64,000 nucleotides of DNA from an uncultured Spirochaetota bacterium (GTDB taxonomy: Bacteria; Spirochaetota; Spirochaetia; SZUA-6; Fen-1364): assembly GCA_963781885.1 (NCBI GenBank), contig CAWAHW010000002.1, positions 1,312,001-1,376,000 on the forward strand, read 5' to 3'. Shown here in pieces: positions 8,880 to 19,259 of the stretch. Both the position numbers and the translations under genes were made by a program. A model generated the notes under the pieces. That model worked only from the letters and a program-made list of their open reading frames with translations. It ran no database searches and had not been told where the DNA came from. Position 1 is the first letter of the stretch, and every line of letters starts with the position of its first letter.

Positions 8880-9596
8880 ATGCGCACCGGCGTTTTTGTC
8901 CAGGTGAGGCTCGGCTCGCAGCGCCTGCCGTCAAAGGCAATCCTGCCCCTGCCCGGCGGCTCGGTGATCCAGCACGTCATGCGCGCGCTCCTTGCCGTCC
9001 CCGCGGAGGTGAGGGCGCTTCTCACCGACGAGCAGAGCCAGGATACGCTTCTGCCGCTGGCAGCCGCGGAAGGGTTCGAGGTTTTTGCCGGCGCGCCGGA
9101 AGACGTGCTGGATCGCTACTGCGCCGCCTGCGAGAAGTGGGGCGTGGGAAGGGTCATCCGCGCGACAGGAGACAACCCCCTGACGTCGGCGCTGCTTGCC
9201 AATTCCATCATCGCGCTGCACGGGCACGCACATGCCGACCTGAGCCATTACCTTGGCTGCCCCTGGGGCACGGGCGTGGAGGTCATCGAGGCCGAGGCTC
9301 TTTTCACTGCGCGGCACCGCGCGACGCAGCTCGATGAGCGGGAGCACATCACAACCTGGATGTATCGAAATCCGCAGGCGCTCACGATCCTGGAGCCGCG
9401 CGCCCCGGATGAATGGTGTTTTCCGGATGGTCGCGTCACCGTCGACACGGAAGACGACTACCGGAGTGTCACGCGGATTTTTAAGGAGCTGTACCAGGAC
9501 GGGCCCGTTGACGTGGACCGGTTGGTGCCCTGGCTGAAAAAACACCCGGGACTGTCGACGCCGAAACCGGGCAAGAAGGGGCGCGTCCATGGCTGA
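8880..9596 (+). CDS. SpsF-like acylneuraminate-type cytidylyltransferase
   Basis: VQVRLGSQRLPSKA, EDVLDRY, IRATGDNPL, REHIT, RVTVDTEDD. Confidence 0.85.
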   Translation: MRTGVFVQVRLGSQRLPSKAILPLPGGSVIQHVMRALLAVPAEVRALLTDEQSQDTLLPLAAAEGFEVFAGAPEDVLDRYCAACEKWGVGRVIRATGDNPLTSALLANSIIALHGHAHADLSHYLGCPWGTGVEVIEAEALFTARHRATQLDEREHITTWMYRNPQALTILEPRAPDEWCFPDGRVTVDTEDDYRSVTRIFKELYQDGPVDVDRLVPWLKKHPGLSTPKPGKKGRVHG

Positions 9597-11368
9597 GCGG
9601 CCCTTTTTCCTGCTGGTGCCGGCCGCGGGGGCAGGGGACGGCATGGGCCATCTCCTGCGCTGTCTCTCGCTCGCGCGCGACCTGGGCGGGTCGTCATCGG
9701 TGCTCACCGTGCACATGGACCAGCACGCGCGCGCGCTTCTGGCGCAAAGGCTTCGGGCAATGCCCGCCGCCGCCCGGCCTGTCGTGATCAACGGGATGAA
9801 AGCGGCGGCGCGCTGGGACATCATTGTGGTCGATGCACGGAGAACGAGCCGCGCGGAGCTCGATATGCTGATGAAGCGGGGCCTCGTCGTCTGCCTCGAT
9901 GAAGGCGGGGAGGCGGCGGCATTCGCGCCGCTGCTCGTGGACTCCCTGCCCAGCCTCCCGGGTGTGCGAAAACCCAACGCGGCTTCGCCGGCCTTCCTTT
10001 CACTTCCGCCGCGATCGAGATCCCGCGTCCGGTTTCCACCCCGGCGCGTCCTGCTCAGCTTCGGGGGCGAGGATCGCCCGCATGCAAGCGAGGCCATGCT
10101 GCGCGCGCTCATCAACGGGCGGGTTTTCGAGCCGCGCCAGCTCACCGTCGTCGAGGGTCCGCTTTTCGGCGTTCGGGAGTGGCCGCGCGAGGTTTCCGTG
10201 ATGCGGCAGCCGGCGGAGCTCTCACGGGCGCTGCCCGGACTTCGACCTGCTCATCACCCATTTCGGCATCACGGCCTTCGAGGCCCTGGCAACGGGCCTG
10301 CCCGTTCTCCTCTTCAATCCCTCGCGCTACCACGCGCGGCTGGGCGCCGCATCGGGTTTCCAGAACATCGGGATGCGGATGCCCGACCTCGGCACCCTCA
10401 GACGCTGTCTGGCGGAGCCCGGCCCTCTTTTCGCGCAGGTCGACGCCTTCAATCGTGAGATCGGGACGCGGCGGACAAAGGAGCTCGCACGGCTGCTGAA
10501 AAGTCTCGGCGCGCAGGGCTCTTCCTCCTGCCCCGTTTGCGGCCGGGCGGGGAATCCCGTCCTCGACAGGTTCCCGTTGCGCACCTACCGCCGCTGCGGC
10601 TCGTGCGGCACGATCTTCCTGGAGAGCTTCCGCGGAAGCCGCACGCGCTATGACGCAGCCTATTTTTCGTCCGCCTACAAGGCGCAGTACGGGCGGACGT
10701 ACCTGGAGGATTTCGAGGCGATCAAGAGCGCGAGCAAGGATCGCGTGCGCATCATGCGGGAGCAGATCGCGGAAGACATCGACGGCATGGTGATCGACGT
10801 GGGGTGCGCCTATGGCCCCTTCCTTGACGCGCTGAAGGACGCGGGCATTGCCGGCTACGGCCTGGACGTCGCGGCGGATGCGGTGGCGTACGTGAGGAAG
10901 AAGCTGCGCATCCCTGCGCTGCGATCGTCGTTCGAAACGGTGGCACGATCGGCGCTGCCGCGCCGGATCGCTGCAGTGACCATGTGGTACGTGATCGAGC
11001 ATTTTGAGGACACCGACGCAGTCTTGCGGAAGATTTCCGGGCTTCTCCCGCGGGGTGGCGTTTTTGCCTTTTCCACCCCGAACGGCCGCGGCATTTCCGC
11101 GCGACGCGATCTGCACGGCTTTCTCCAGGTGAGTCCCGCGGACCACTTCACGATCCTCTCACCCCGGAGACTGGGCAGGCTGCTTGATCGCTATGGCCTC
11201 GAGCTCCACCGTGTTCGGGTGACCGGTCATCACCCCGAGCGTTTCCCCGGGCTGCTGGGAAAGGCGGCGACGCGCTTCTCAAGTGTGCATGCGGCGCTGC
11301 TCCTCGCCAGCCGCCTGTTCGGCCTGGGCGATACCTTCGAGGCTTACGCGGTGAAGGGGGAGACGTGA
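9589..11368 (+). CDS. PseG/SpsG-like domain fused to a class I SAM methyltransferase (frameshift at 10234-10236)
   Basis: GMGHLLRC, VLLSFGGED; after the shift DLLITHFGITAFEAL, CPVC...CGSC, IDVGCAYGPF, MWYVIEH. Confidence 0.75.
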
Positions 11369-12960
11369 AAAGCATCCTCATCCTCGGCGCCGGCATCATG
11401 CAGGTGCCGGCAATCCGGATCGCGCGCGCAAAAGGGTGGCGGGCGATCGTCGCGGATGGGAATCCCGAGGCGCTGGCGGCGGGCATGGGCGATCGTTTCG
11501 AGCACGTCGACCTGAAGGACAAGGATCGCCTCCTCTCGATCGCACAGGGGCATGCCCGCGTGAGCGGTCTCGACGGGGTGTTCACGGCGGGAACCGATTT
11601 TTCCGCGTCCGTGGCGTGGGTGGCCGAGCACCTGGGTCTGCCGGGCATCTCGTATCAGACAGCCCTGCGCGCCACCGACAAGGTCCTCATGCGCGAAGCG
11701 TTCCTGGCCGCCGCCGTGCCCAGCCCGGCATTCGCCTGCTGGACGGGCGCCGGCGATCCGCTGGCCCAACTGCCTCCAGCTCTTCGCTATCCCCTGGTGG
11801 TCAAGCCCGTCGACAACATGGGGGCACGCGGCGTGCGGCGCGTTGACCGCGCCTCGGAGCTCCGCGCGGCGTGTGAGGCGGCCATGCCGCTCTCCCGCAC
11901 GGCGCGGGTCATTATCGAGGAATACATGGAGGGCCCCGAGCTCAGTCTCGATGCCGTGGTATACAAGGGGAAGGCGACGGTTTGCGGCGTCGCGGACAGG
12001 CACATTTACTTTCCGCCTCATTTCGTCGAAATGGGACACACGATGCCCACGGCGCTCGATGAAGCAACAACGGAAGCAATTGAAGCGGTATTCGTGGCGG
12101 GCATCCATGCGTTGGGCATCGACAATGGCGCGGCAAAGGGAGACATCAAGCTCACCCCGTCCGGCCCGATGGTGGGAGAGATCGCGGCGCGCCTTTCCGG
12201 CGGCTACATGTCGGGCTGGACATTCCCCCTCGCGTCGGGCGTGGAAGTGACCGAGGCGGCTTTGAACGTCGCGGTCGGCCTTCCGCCGGGAGACCTCTCG
12301 CCGACGCGTCATCGCGTCACCGCGGAAAGGGCGCTCATTTCCATGCCGGGGGTCGTCGCGCGGATCGAAGGCGTGGAGGAAGCCCGTCGGCTGCCCGGCG
12401 TCGCGGAGATATTCCTTCGCGCCTTGCCGGGAGATACCGTCAAGTTCCCGACAAACAACGTGGAAAAATGCGGAAACGTCATCGCGGTCGCCGACACGCG
12501 CGCGGAGTCCGTGGCCGCGGCGGAGCGGGCGCTTTCCACGATGCGCATCAGGCTGCGGCCCCTGGTGGACGTCACAACGCGATACCTCGCGGCAGAATTC
12601 GCCCATGACGCATTTGCGCAGGCCCCCGGATGGCTTCGGGATGCGATTGGGTCGATGCCATCGTTCATCGGCGACATGTCGCTCCAGGACCCGGGAACAC
12701 CGGTCGCCATCCTGAATATCGCGGGCATCGACGACGCGGGAATCGCCGACTGGTATGGCTCGTCATTCGCCGGAGCGGCAAGGCAGGCATGCAAGGACTC
12801 AGGCGGGCTGATGGTCGAGTCAGCCGTTGGCGTGCCATTCGCCCTTGCCGGCATTTTCTGGCGCGCAGTCCTGCGGGGCGGTAGTCAGGCCGGGACCTAC
12901 GTGCTGGATTCCGTGAAAGAGGCGCGGCGATCGGGGCGGACCCGGGAGTTTCCTGGCTGA
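11365..12960 (+). CDS. ATP-grasp domain protein
   Basis: ILILGAGIMQ, TDKVLMR, VVKPVDNMGARGV, IIEEYMEGPE, EIAARLSGG. Confidence 0.85.
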   Translation: MKSILILGAGIMQVPAIRIARAKGWRAIVADGNPEALAAGMGDRFEHVDLKDKDRLLSIAQGHARVSGLDGVFTAGTDFSASVAWVAEHLGLPGISYQTALRATDKVLMREAFLAAAVPSPAFACWTGAGDPLAQLPPALRYPLVVKPVDNMGARGVRRVDRASELRAACEAAMPLSRTARVIIEEYMEGPELSLDAVVYKGKATVCGVADRHIYFPPHFVEMGHTMPTALDEATTEAIEAVFVAGIHALGIDNGAAKGDIKLTPSGPMVGEIAARLSGGYMSGWTFPLASGVEVTEAALNVAVGLPPGDLSPTRHRVTAERALISMPGVVARIEGVEEARRLPGVAEIFLRALPGDTVKFPTNNVEKCGNVIAVADTRAESVAAAERALSTMRIRLRPLVDVTTRYLAAEFAHDAFAQAPGWLRDAIGSMPSFIGDMSLQDPGTPVAILNIAGIDDAGIADWYGSSFAGAARQACKDSGGLMVESAVGVPFALAGIFWRAVLRGGSQAGTYVLDSVKEARRSGRTREFPG

Positions 12961-14010
12961 ATGAAGGCTGCAGGAACCATGGTGCTCGTCCTCGTGGCGC
13001 TGCTTGGCGCCGCCAGGGCATGTGCCTCCCAGGAAAAAAATCTCCTCTCCGTGGTGAAGGACCTCGGCGCCGTGCTCGAATGGGACCCCCTTCGCGACAC
13101 GGGCGTCATCGCTGTGGGCGACGATCGGATCGCAATCGGCATCGGTTCCGACAGCGCCCTCATCAATTACCGGCTGAAGGTGCAGATCGATCCGCCGTCC
13201 CGCAGGGACGGCGCGGTGTGGCTCTCCACCTCCGCTGTGTCCGCAATCGGCGATGCCGTGCAGAAGGACCGTCTGAGCCACGCGGGCGAGCAGATGCGCG
13301 TGGCCTACATCCTCATCGACCCGGGCCATGGCGGGATGGACAGCGGCAGCGTCGGCGGCTACACCGAGGGAAAGAAGAAGATCACGGTGGAGGAGAAGGA
13401 CGTCACGCTGCGCGTCGGGCGGCTCCTGGGCGATCTCCTGAAGGCGGCGTACCCGGACAAACAGATCGTCTTCACGCGCGAAAGCGACGTCTACGTGAGC
13501 CTGGAGAAGCGCGTGGAGATCGCCAACGCCCTGCTCGACAAGACTGGCGACACGGTGCTTTTCCTCTCCGTCCACGCGAATGCCACGCCCTTCAGCAAGA
13601 CGGCGTCAGGGTACGAGGTGTGGTGCCTGCCCCCTGAATACACGCGCACGCTCGTGGATGAAAAGACAACGGGCAGGGAGAACGCCGATATCGCCGCCAT
13701 CCTCAACAGCATGCGGGAGGAGGAGATATCGATGGAGAGCAACCTGCTTGCGCGCGAGATCCTCGCCGGCCTGGATGGCGCCGTCGGTGCGCGCAGCGGG
13801 AACAGGGGCATGCGGCTCATGGACTGGTACGTCGTGCGCAACGCGCGCATGCCCGCGGTCCTGACGGAGGTCGGCTTCGTCTCCAACGAAGAAGAGGCGG
13901 CGCGGCTTGCCGACGAGGCGTACTTGAAAGAGGTGGCCGCGGGCATATACTCTGGCGTCAGCGCGTTCATCGGACAATTCGAACGCAACGGGAGTAGCGG
14001 TGCTCGATAG
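12961..14010 (+). CDS. N-acetylmuramoyl-L-alanine amidase
   Basis: IDPGHGG, EKDVTL, SVHANA, MPAVLTEVGFVSN. Confidence 0.9.
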   Translation: MKAAGTMVLVLVALLGAARACASQEKNLLSVVKDLGAVLEWDPLRDTGVIAVGDDRIAIGIGSDSALINYRLKVQIDPPSRRDGAVWLSTSAVSAIGDAVQKDRLSHAGEQMRVAYILIDPGHGGMDSGSVGGYTEGKKKITVEEKDVTLRVGRLLGDLLKAAYPDKQIVFTRESDVYVSLEKRVEIANALLDKTGDTVLFLSVHANATPFSKTASGYEVWCLPPEYTRTLVDEKTTGRENADIAAILNSMREEEISMESNLLAREILAGLDGAVGARSGNRGMRLMDWYVVRNARMPAVLTEVGFVSNEEEAARLADEAYLKEVAAGIYSGVSAFIGQFERNGSSGAR

Positions 14011-14503
14011 GCTGGATTTTCTGCTGCGCCTGCGGCTGAGAAAGGCGCCCGCGATCTGCGGGGCCGCTTTCCTGGGCGCGCTCGTTCTTTCCCTCGTTCT
14101 CTTCCTTTTCCTCGGCAACGGCCGGGTGGAACGGACGCTTTTCTTTCCGTCCCTCGCGGGGCGACGCATCGTCGCCGAGCAACGTTTCGTTCCGCGGCAG
14201 GGCTCCCTGGAAAAGGACGTGCAGGAGGTCGCCGAAGGCGTCCTGCTAGGACCGGCCCGACCGGACGCGCAGCGACTCTTCCCGCGCGGCGTGACGGTGC
14301 TCGCCGTCATGGCAAGCAGTAGAACGCTGTACGTCGATCTGTCTCCGGCGCTGCTCGCGCCGGACCCGGAGATTCCCCTGACGGGCCGCGCGGCCCTCGA
14401 TGCCCTCGCGCGTTCCATTCGTTTCAACTTTCCGCGCTTTTCGCAGGTGATTTTTTTCATTGATGGGCAGTCGCCGCGCTTCCCGGGAAATAAAAAGATT
14501 TGA
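14000..14503 (+). CDS. GerMN-like domain protein
   Basis: N-terminal TM segment; LLGP...LFPRGVTV...LYVDLS...IFFIDG. Confidence 0.6.
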   Translation: MLDRLDFLLRLRLRKAPAICGAAFLGALVLSLVLFLFLGNGRVERTLFFPSLAGRRIVAEQRFVPRQGSLEKDVQEVAEGVLLGPARPDAQRLFPRGVTVLAVMASSRTLYVDLSPALLAPDPEIPLTGRAALDALARSIRFNFPRFSQVIFFIDGQSPRFPGNKKI

Positions 14504-14527
14504 CAAAGGGCACTCCGTTGCTATAAT
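14500..14527 (+). promoter_or_regulatory. Consensus sigma70 promoter of flaA
   Basis: TTGACA-N16-TATAAT with extended -10 TG; AAGGAG RBS downstream. Confidence 0.85.
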
Positions 14528-14572
14528 TGGGGTGTAACTCCGAATGGGAACCAGCAGCGAAAGGAGTATCGC

Positions 14573-15598
14573 ATGAAACGGCTGTTCGTTATTGTATTCG
14601 TTGGGCTTCTCCTCGGCGGAACAGCGGGGCTTTTTGCCGATGAATCCGTGCTCATCGATTTCACAAAGCTTGGTGCCGATCAGACCCTGGGAACGAACAA
14701 GACCCCCACGGAAAACGCGGCAACGCTCGTGGACTACAGCGCCGTCGCCGGCGCGTCGTTCACCGACGAGGAAAAGGCCGCAATGAAGTCGTCCCTCGCC
14801 CTGAGCAACTGGCAGGTGACCCTGGCCTCCTCGGCCCGGTCCATCGTCAATCAGAGCGTCACCATGACAAAGGAAGCGGCCACCTCTCCCACGGCCAAAC
14901 AGTTCAACGGCCAGGACATGGCGAACAAAAAGATCCTGGGCGTGCGGATCCATTTCCCCGTGGAGTCGTTCAACTCGTGGGCGATCATCCAGCCGCCCTT
15001 CGATATTCCCGCCTACGCGGACAAGGACAGCCTGCAGGGAGCCACCATGCAGGTGGCTGACGCTGACAAGGGCAAGGGTGAGAAGTTCAACGGCTACGGC
15101 GTCGTGAAGAACGTCGGCGTGCTGAAGAGCCTCTCCATCACCGTCTACGGGGCGAACTTCCCGAACGGGCTCGGCGTGGTTGTCGCCGATCAGGACGGCA
15201 ACGAGCAGACGTTGTTCATGGACTACCTCCAGTTCGACGGCTGGCGTACGCTCACATGGAACAACCCGAATTACATCACCGACGTGCGCAACCGCGAGCT
15301 GCGGAAATATCCCCTGTATCCCAAGGGCGAGCCGTACCTGAAGCTCATCGGCATCGTCATCTATCGCGACGCGGCCCAGGAAGGCGGCGACTTCGTCACC
15401 TACATCCGTGACATCTCGGTCACCTACGACAAGGCCATCATCGAGACGCAGCGCGACATCAACGACGAGGCAATCTGGGGCATCCTCCAGCAGCGCAACG
15501 AGGCAAGGCGTCTGGCCGAGCTCAAGAGGCTGGGAAATGTCCAGGTCCTTCGGTTCCTCGAACAGCAGAAGATGGACGCCACGAAGCCGGCGCAGTAA
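14573..15598 (+). CDS. flaA: Flagellar filament outer-layer (sheath) protein FlaA
   Basis: Signal peptide; VLIDFTKL, NWQVTLASSAR, ILGVRIHFP, GYGVVKNVGVLKS, FDGWRTLTWNNPNYI. Confidence 0.95.
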   Translation: MKRLFVIVFVGLLLGGTAGLFADESVLIDFTKLGADQTLGTNKTPTENAATLVDYSAVAGASFTDEEKAAMKSSLALSNWQVTLASSARSIVNQSVTMTKEAATSPTAKQFNGQDMANKKILGVRIHFPVESFNSWAIIQPPFDIPAYADKDSLQGATMQVADADKGKGEKFNGYGVVKNVGVLKSLSITVYGANFPNGLGVVVADQDGNEQTLFMDYLQFDGWRTLTWNNPNYITDVRNRELRKYPLYPKGEPYLKLIGIVIYRDAAQEGGDFVTYIRDISVTYDKAIIETQRDINDEAIWGILQQRNEARRLAELKRLGNVQVLRFLEQQKMDATKPAQ

Positions 15599-15626
15599 CT
15601 CAAGATACTCACCTGGTTTAACATAC

Positions 15627-15655
15627 GAGGGCTCCCGAAAGGGGGCCCTCTTTCT
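15627..15655 (+). terminator. Intrinsic terminator after flaA
   Basis: GAGGGCTCCC-GAAA-GGGGGCCCTC followed by TTTCT. Confidence 0.8.
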
Positions 15656-15842
15656 ATGCCGGGGCACAAGCCGCCCGGCCGCGATCCGGACCCGTGCGCA
15701 CTGCGGCGGGCGCGCGCGAGGGAAAGGCGCAGACATGAGCGCTCGCCGCAGTCCTTGTCGGGGCGTCCGCTGCGCGCACCTCTGCATGCCACAAGCGCCG
15801 TGAGATGAGGCCGCGCGGGTGTTGGCCGATTGGGTTCGTGCC

Positions 15843-16733
15843 CTACAGCATCCGGGAAAGCACGGGAATCGTATCGAGGTTGATCTTCACTCCCGCGTAG
15901 GACCGGAAGAGGAAATCAGAGGCGCTGCCCTCCAGGGTGCCCAGACCGAAGGAATACACATTTCCATCCAGACCCGCGTGAAGGGACATCGAACCGGGAA
16001 GGGAAACGGTAACCTCGAGGCCGATCACGAAAGAATTGAGCGTTGCCGTCGTGGTCGTCGCGGCGATAAAGGCCCGGGAGAGATTCTGGTAGGAAAAGGA
16101 AAAGAGCAGGCGATAGGGGACATTCTTCTGGTATATGTCCGTGAGAAGCCCATATTCCGTCAGGCTGTCCACCACGTCATTTGCCGCCGCCTTCTGCTCG
16201 AATGAGCGGGAATTGATGAAGACGCTGCAGATGACGTTCGGCAGGTAGACGCCGAACGAGATGTCGTTGCGGTATTGGAGGTAATCCCCTACCTGCACGA
16301 GCTGGCCGCCAATCGAGCTGTCGGATCGAAATGAAATGAATGCAATGCCGGGCAGCTCGAGGCGCACCGCCGTGGAGATGCCGGACTTCAGGAGCGTGGT
16401 CGTGTCGTTGAAAAAACCGAAAAACGGTCCGATTCCGACGCTCAGGATTTTTGCATTGTAAGAGAACAGCGTGTACGAGGTGTTCCGCAGAATCGGGTCG
16501 GCATAGAAGCCCGTTTCCAGGCTGATGGAATCCGAAAGCGCCTGCGTGCCATACAGGGAAAGGCCCCAGAAATAGTTCGCGCCGGGCATGGTCGTGTCCG
16601 TAATGGCCCTGTCCGTGCTGAAGCCGAGGTTGCCCGCCCAACCCTCGATGCCCAGATCGAGGCTGAATGCCGCCGCCGCGAGCGATGCAAAGAGGAGGCA
16701 GAGAAGCGCCGTCTTCATGCCGTTCTTCCGCAT
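15843..16733 (-). CDS. Secreted or outer-membrane hypothetical protein
   Basis: Signal peptide ending AFS; amphipathic, aromatic-rich beta strands. Confidence 0.7.
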   Translation of the reverse strand: MRKNGMKTALLCLLFASLAAAAFSLDLGIEGWAGNLGFSTDRAITDTTMPGANYFWGLSLYGTQALSDSISLETGFYADPILRNTSYTLFSYNAKILSVGIGPFFGFFNDTTTLLKSGISTAVRLELPGIAFISFRSDSSIGGQLVQVGDYLQYRNDISFGVYLPNVICSVFINSRSFEQKAAANDVVDSLTEYGLLTDIYQKNVPYRLLFSFSYQNLSRAFIAATTTTATLNSFVIGLEVTVSLPGSMSLHAGLDGNVYSFGLGTLEGSASDFLFRSYAGVKINLDTIPVLSRML

Positions 16734-16734
16734 G

Positions 16735-17877
16735 CTAGAACGCCGCGCGGACGCCGACAAAAGCGTCGAACAACTGGGTGATGTCCCACGGCCACAGCCG
16801 CGCATCCAGCTTCAGCGTCCAGAAAACGCCGGGCGTGCTGAATGCAATCCACGGTGAAGCCTTGACGGTGATTGCCTCCGCCGGTGTCGACGACGTGTAG
16901 CGAAGATTGCCTTCCATGCCGCCCTCGAATGAGCTGCGCGCGAGATCTCCGAGTGTGAAATTGAGATTCACGTCAAAGGAGCCCAGTTCGTCGGGATAGG
17001 CCTGCTGCTCGTAGTAGCCCGGATGCCAAAAGAAGGTCGGCACGATGGAGAGGAGGCCGAGGTGGAGCCGGGGCTCGACCAGCAGATAGAAGAGATTGAT
17101 GGTCGGCGTGGCATCGAGCAGGGGGTTCCACACGGGTATCCCGATCTGGGACAGAAACTCCACGTTGCGGTTGCTTGCGTAAAAGAGCAGACCGCCGCGG
17201 TAGGCAAAAGAGTTGCTCGCGATGAGGTATGTGCTGCCGACGAATCCTTCGAGCTTTATGGCGGGGAAATTGAGGAGGAAGCGGAAATCGCCTGAATAAT
17301 TGGACAGGGTGGCGAAGGCATCGTGCGTGTCCTCGTAGACGTAGAGGTCCATGCTCAAGGTCTCAACCCGGGGGATGAACTGCAGATGGGCGCCGGTCCC
17401 GTGGACCTGGTAGATCCCGTCATACAACGGGCCCGCGGGATAATTCGAGAAATAGAGGAATCCGCGGTACGATGTCATGATGGGTGCGGCCCCGAATTGG
17501 GCAAAACCGTCACCGGACCCGAAGGTGTCGTTTTTTCCGACAAAATAGGAAAGGTTGAGCGGCAGAGAGAAAAGGTTGCGGATATCGATGCTCGCGGAGA
17601 AGAAATCGCGGCTCAACGCCGTCCCGGTGAGGTTGAAATCCTCCAAGTCGGGATTGAGGATCTGGAAGGAAAGATTACCGCCGAACTTATAGCCGCCCTG
17701 GATCTGCAGGGCAATGTTGCCGAATGTCTGCAGCGCGAATCCACCATTCTCGTACAGGCCGTGCGTGATGAGCTCCATGGAGGGAACCACGACGTCGGCG
17801 GCGAAAAGCGAAGGCGCGAGGACCAGGAAAAACCCGAGGAATGCGGCGGCGATCGTCAAACGGGGACTTTTCATCAT
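16735..17877 (-). CDS. Putative outer-membrane beta-barrel protein
   Basis: Signal peptide ending LFA; alternating beta pattern; C-terminal FVGVRAAF. Confidence 0.7.
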   Translation of the reverse strand: MMKSPRLTIAAAFLGFFLVLAPSLFAADVVVPSMELITHGLYENGGFALQTFGNIALQIQGGYKFGGNLSFQILNPDLEDFNLTGTALSRDFFSASIDIRNLFSLPLNLSYFVGKNDTFGSGDGFAQFGAAPIMTSYRGFLYFSNYPAGPLYDGIYQVHGTGAHLQFIPRVETLSMDLYVYEDTHDAFATLSNYSGDFRFLLNFPAIKLEGFVGSTYLIASNSFAYRGGLLFYASNRNVEFLSQIGIPVWNPLLDATPTINLFYLLVEPRLHLGLLSIVPTFFWHPGYYEQQAYPDELGSFDVNLNFTLGDLARSSFEGGMEGNLRYTSSTPAEAITVKASPWIAFSTPGVFWTLKLDARLWPWDITQLFDAFVGVRAAF

Positions 17878-17906
17878 TCCTGCGTCCTCCTGCTGTCGCA
17901 TTTATA

Positions 17907-18663
17907 TCACGACGAGATACTTTTGAAAATATAGCGCTCCAGCGCCTTCTTATCCGTCGGCGAAAGGATTTCAAAACGCACGGCGAGCACTTTCATTTTG
18001 TACATGACGACCGTCGAAGACGGGGCGATCTCTTTGCCCGCTATCGATATCTCCATGCCCGTGAGCGTCATGCCCGGAGCCAGGGAAAGAGCGGCCGGCA
18101 GATTGAACAACTCTGCCGCCATTCCACCCAGGGAGATGTCGACGACCCTGCCCGGCGACCAGAGCCGACGACGGCGGGACGCGGAAGCTCACGCGGGCAA
18201 GCTCCTGCGGATCGGGCTTTATGCGGATGTGCTTGCGCTGGCTGTTGTGAGTGGCGAGCTTCGAGAATATCGCGGCAAGCTTCGTCTTGGCGGATTCGGG
18301 GCTGAAAGGCTTCAGGAGATAGCCGGCGACCCCCAGGTCCACCATGCGCATCACGATTTCCTTGCTGGTCTGGATCGTGTGCACGATGACCGACATTTTC
18401 CGCGGCTGCGCGCTTTCCGTGAGCTCCGTGACGAGCTGGATGCCTTCGACGTCCTTGTTGTCGATGTCCACGATGGCCCCATCGATGGGATCGCCCCGGT
18501 CCAGCACGAGACGCGCGGCCTCCCGGTTCTCCACGGGAACCCCCTTGATCCCGAACGACAGCAGGACATAGCAGAGCGACTCGCGGACCTCGAGCGAGCT
18601 CTCGACCACCAGAAAGTTCACGCGCACCTCCGGTTCGCCGACGAAGTGTACACGGGAAGCCAA
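17907..18663 (-). CDS. Response regulator receiver-PilZ fusion (frameshift at 18151-18153)
   Basis: Receiver IVDID...YLLKPF; PilZ motifs RKHIR and, after the shift, DISLGG. Confidence 0.75.
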
Positions 18664-18795
18664 AGGCGGTCAACGCGCGCGGCCACGGTATTCAGCATTG
18701 GCGCGGCGCGGCATTTTTCAGCCGGTCATATCGCCGCCGGTGGCGTCTTGACTTCCTGGGGCATCGACATACACTTCCCTGGGAGATCCGAAAAA

Positions 18796-19215
18796 GTGTG
18801 GATCAGGAGTTTTCGGGCAACCTGGCTCGTCGCGCGCTGTGGAGGCGCCGTCCTTCTCTGTGCGACCCTGTTCGCCTGCGGCTCCCTGCGTTACGTACGG
18901 ACGGAAAATGTCGCCGGCAGCGTTTTTGTCGATCGGCTCGTCCTCGACGGGCCATCTTTCCGCCTTGAGCGCATGTCGGATGAGGGCAGGATTGTCTACA
19001 TCGGGCGCTATGCGGTCGATGGCGACCAGTGGACCTTTCAGATTACCTCCTGGCGCTCTGATGCCGGGCAATCACACCGGATCGATCCGCCGCTTCTCTT
19101 TGTCTGCCGGGGAAAAAGCTTTGACAACGGAGTGGCGTTTTTCGACACCCCCTCCGGGTCAACGGACATGGATGCATTCCTCGACCTGCCGTCCGATTTC
19201 GACCTGCAGCCGTAG
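18796..19215 (+). CDS. Putative lipoprotein
   Basis: Lipobox LFAC; TTGACT...TACACT promoter and GGAG upstream. Confidence 0.5.
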   Translation: MWIRSFRATWLVARCGGAVLLCATLFACGSLRYVRTENVAGSVFVDRLVLDGPSFRLERMSDEGRIVYIGRYAVDGDQWTFQITSWRSDAGQSHRIDPPLLFVCRGKSFDNGVAFFDTPSGSTDMDAFLDLPSDFDLQP

Positions 19216-19220
19216 CGCGC

Positions 19221-19250
19221 TTGACACGAGCGATGCGGCCTGGCTACAGT
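19221..19250 (+). promoter_or_regulatory. sigma70-type promoter of the tRNA
   Basis: TTGACA-N18-TACAGT. Confidence 0.6.
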
Positions 19251-19259
19251 CCAGCGCAG

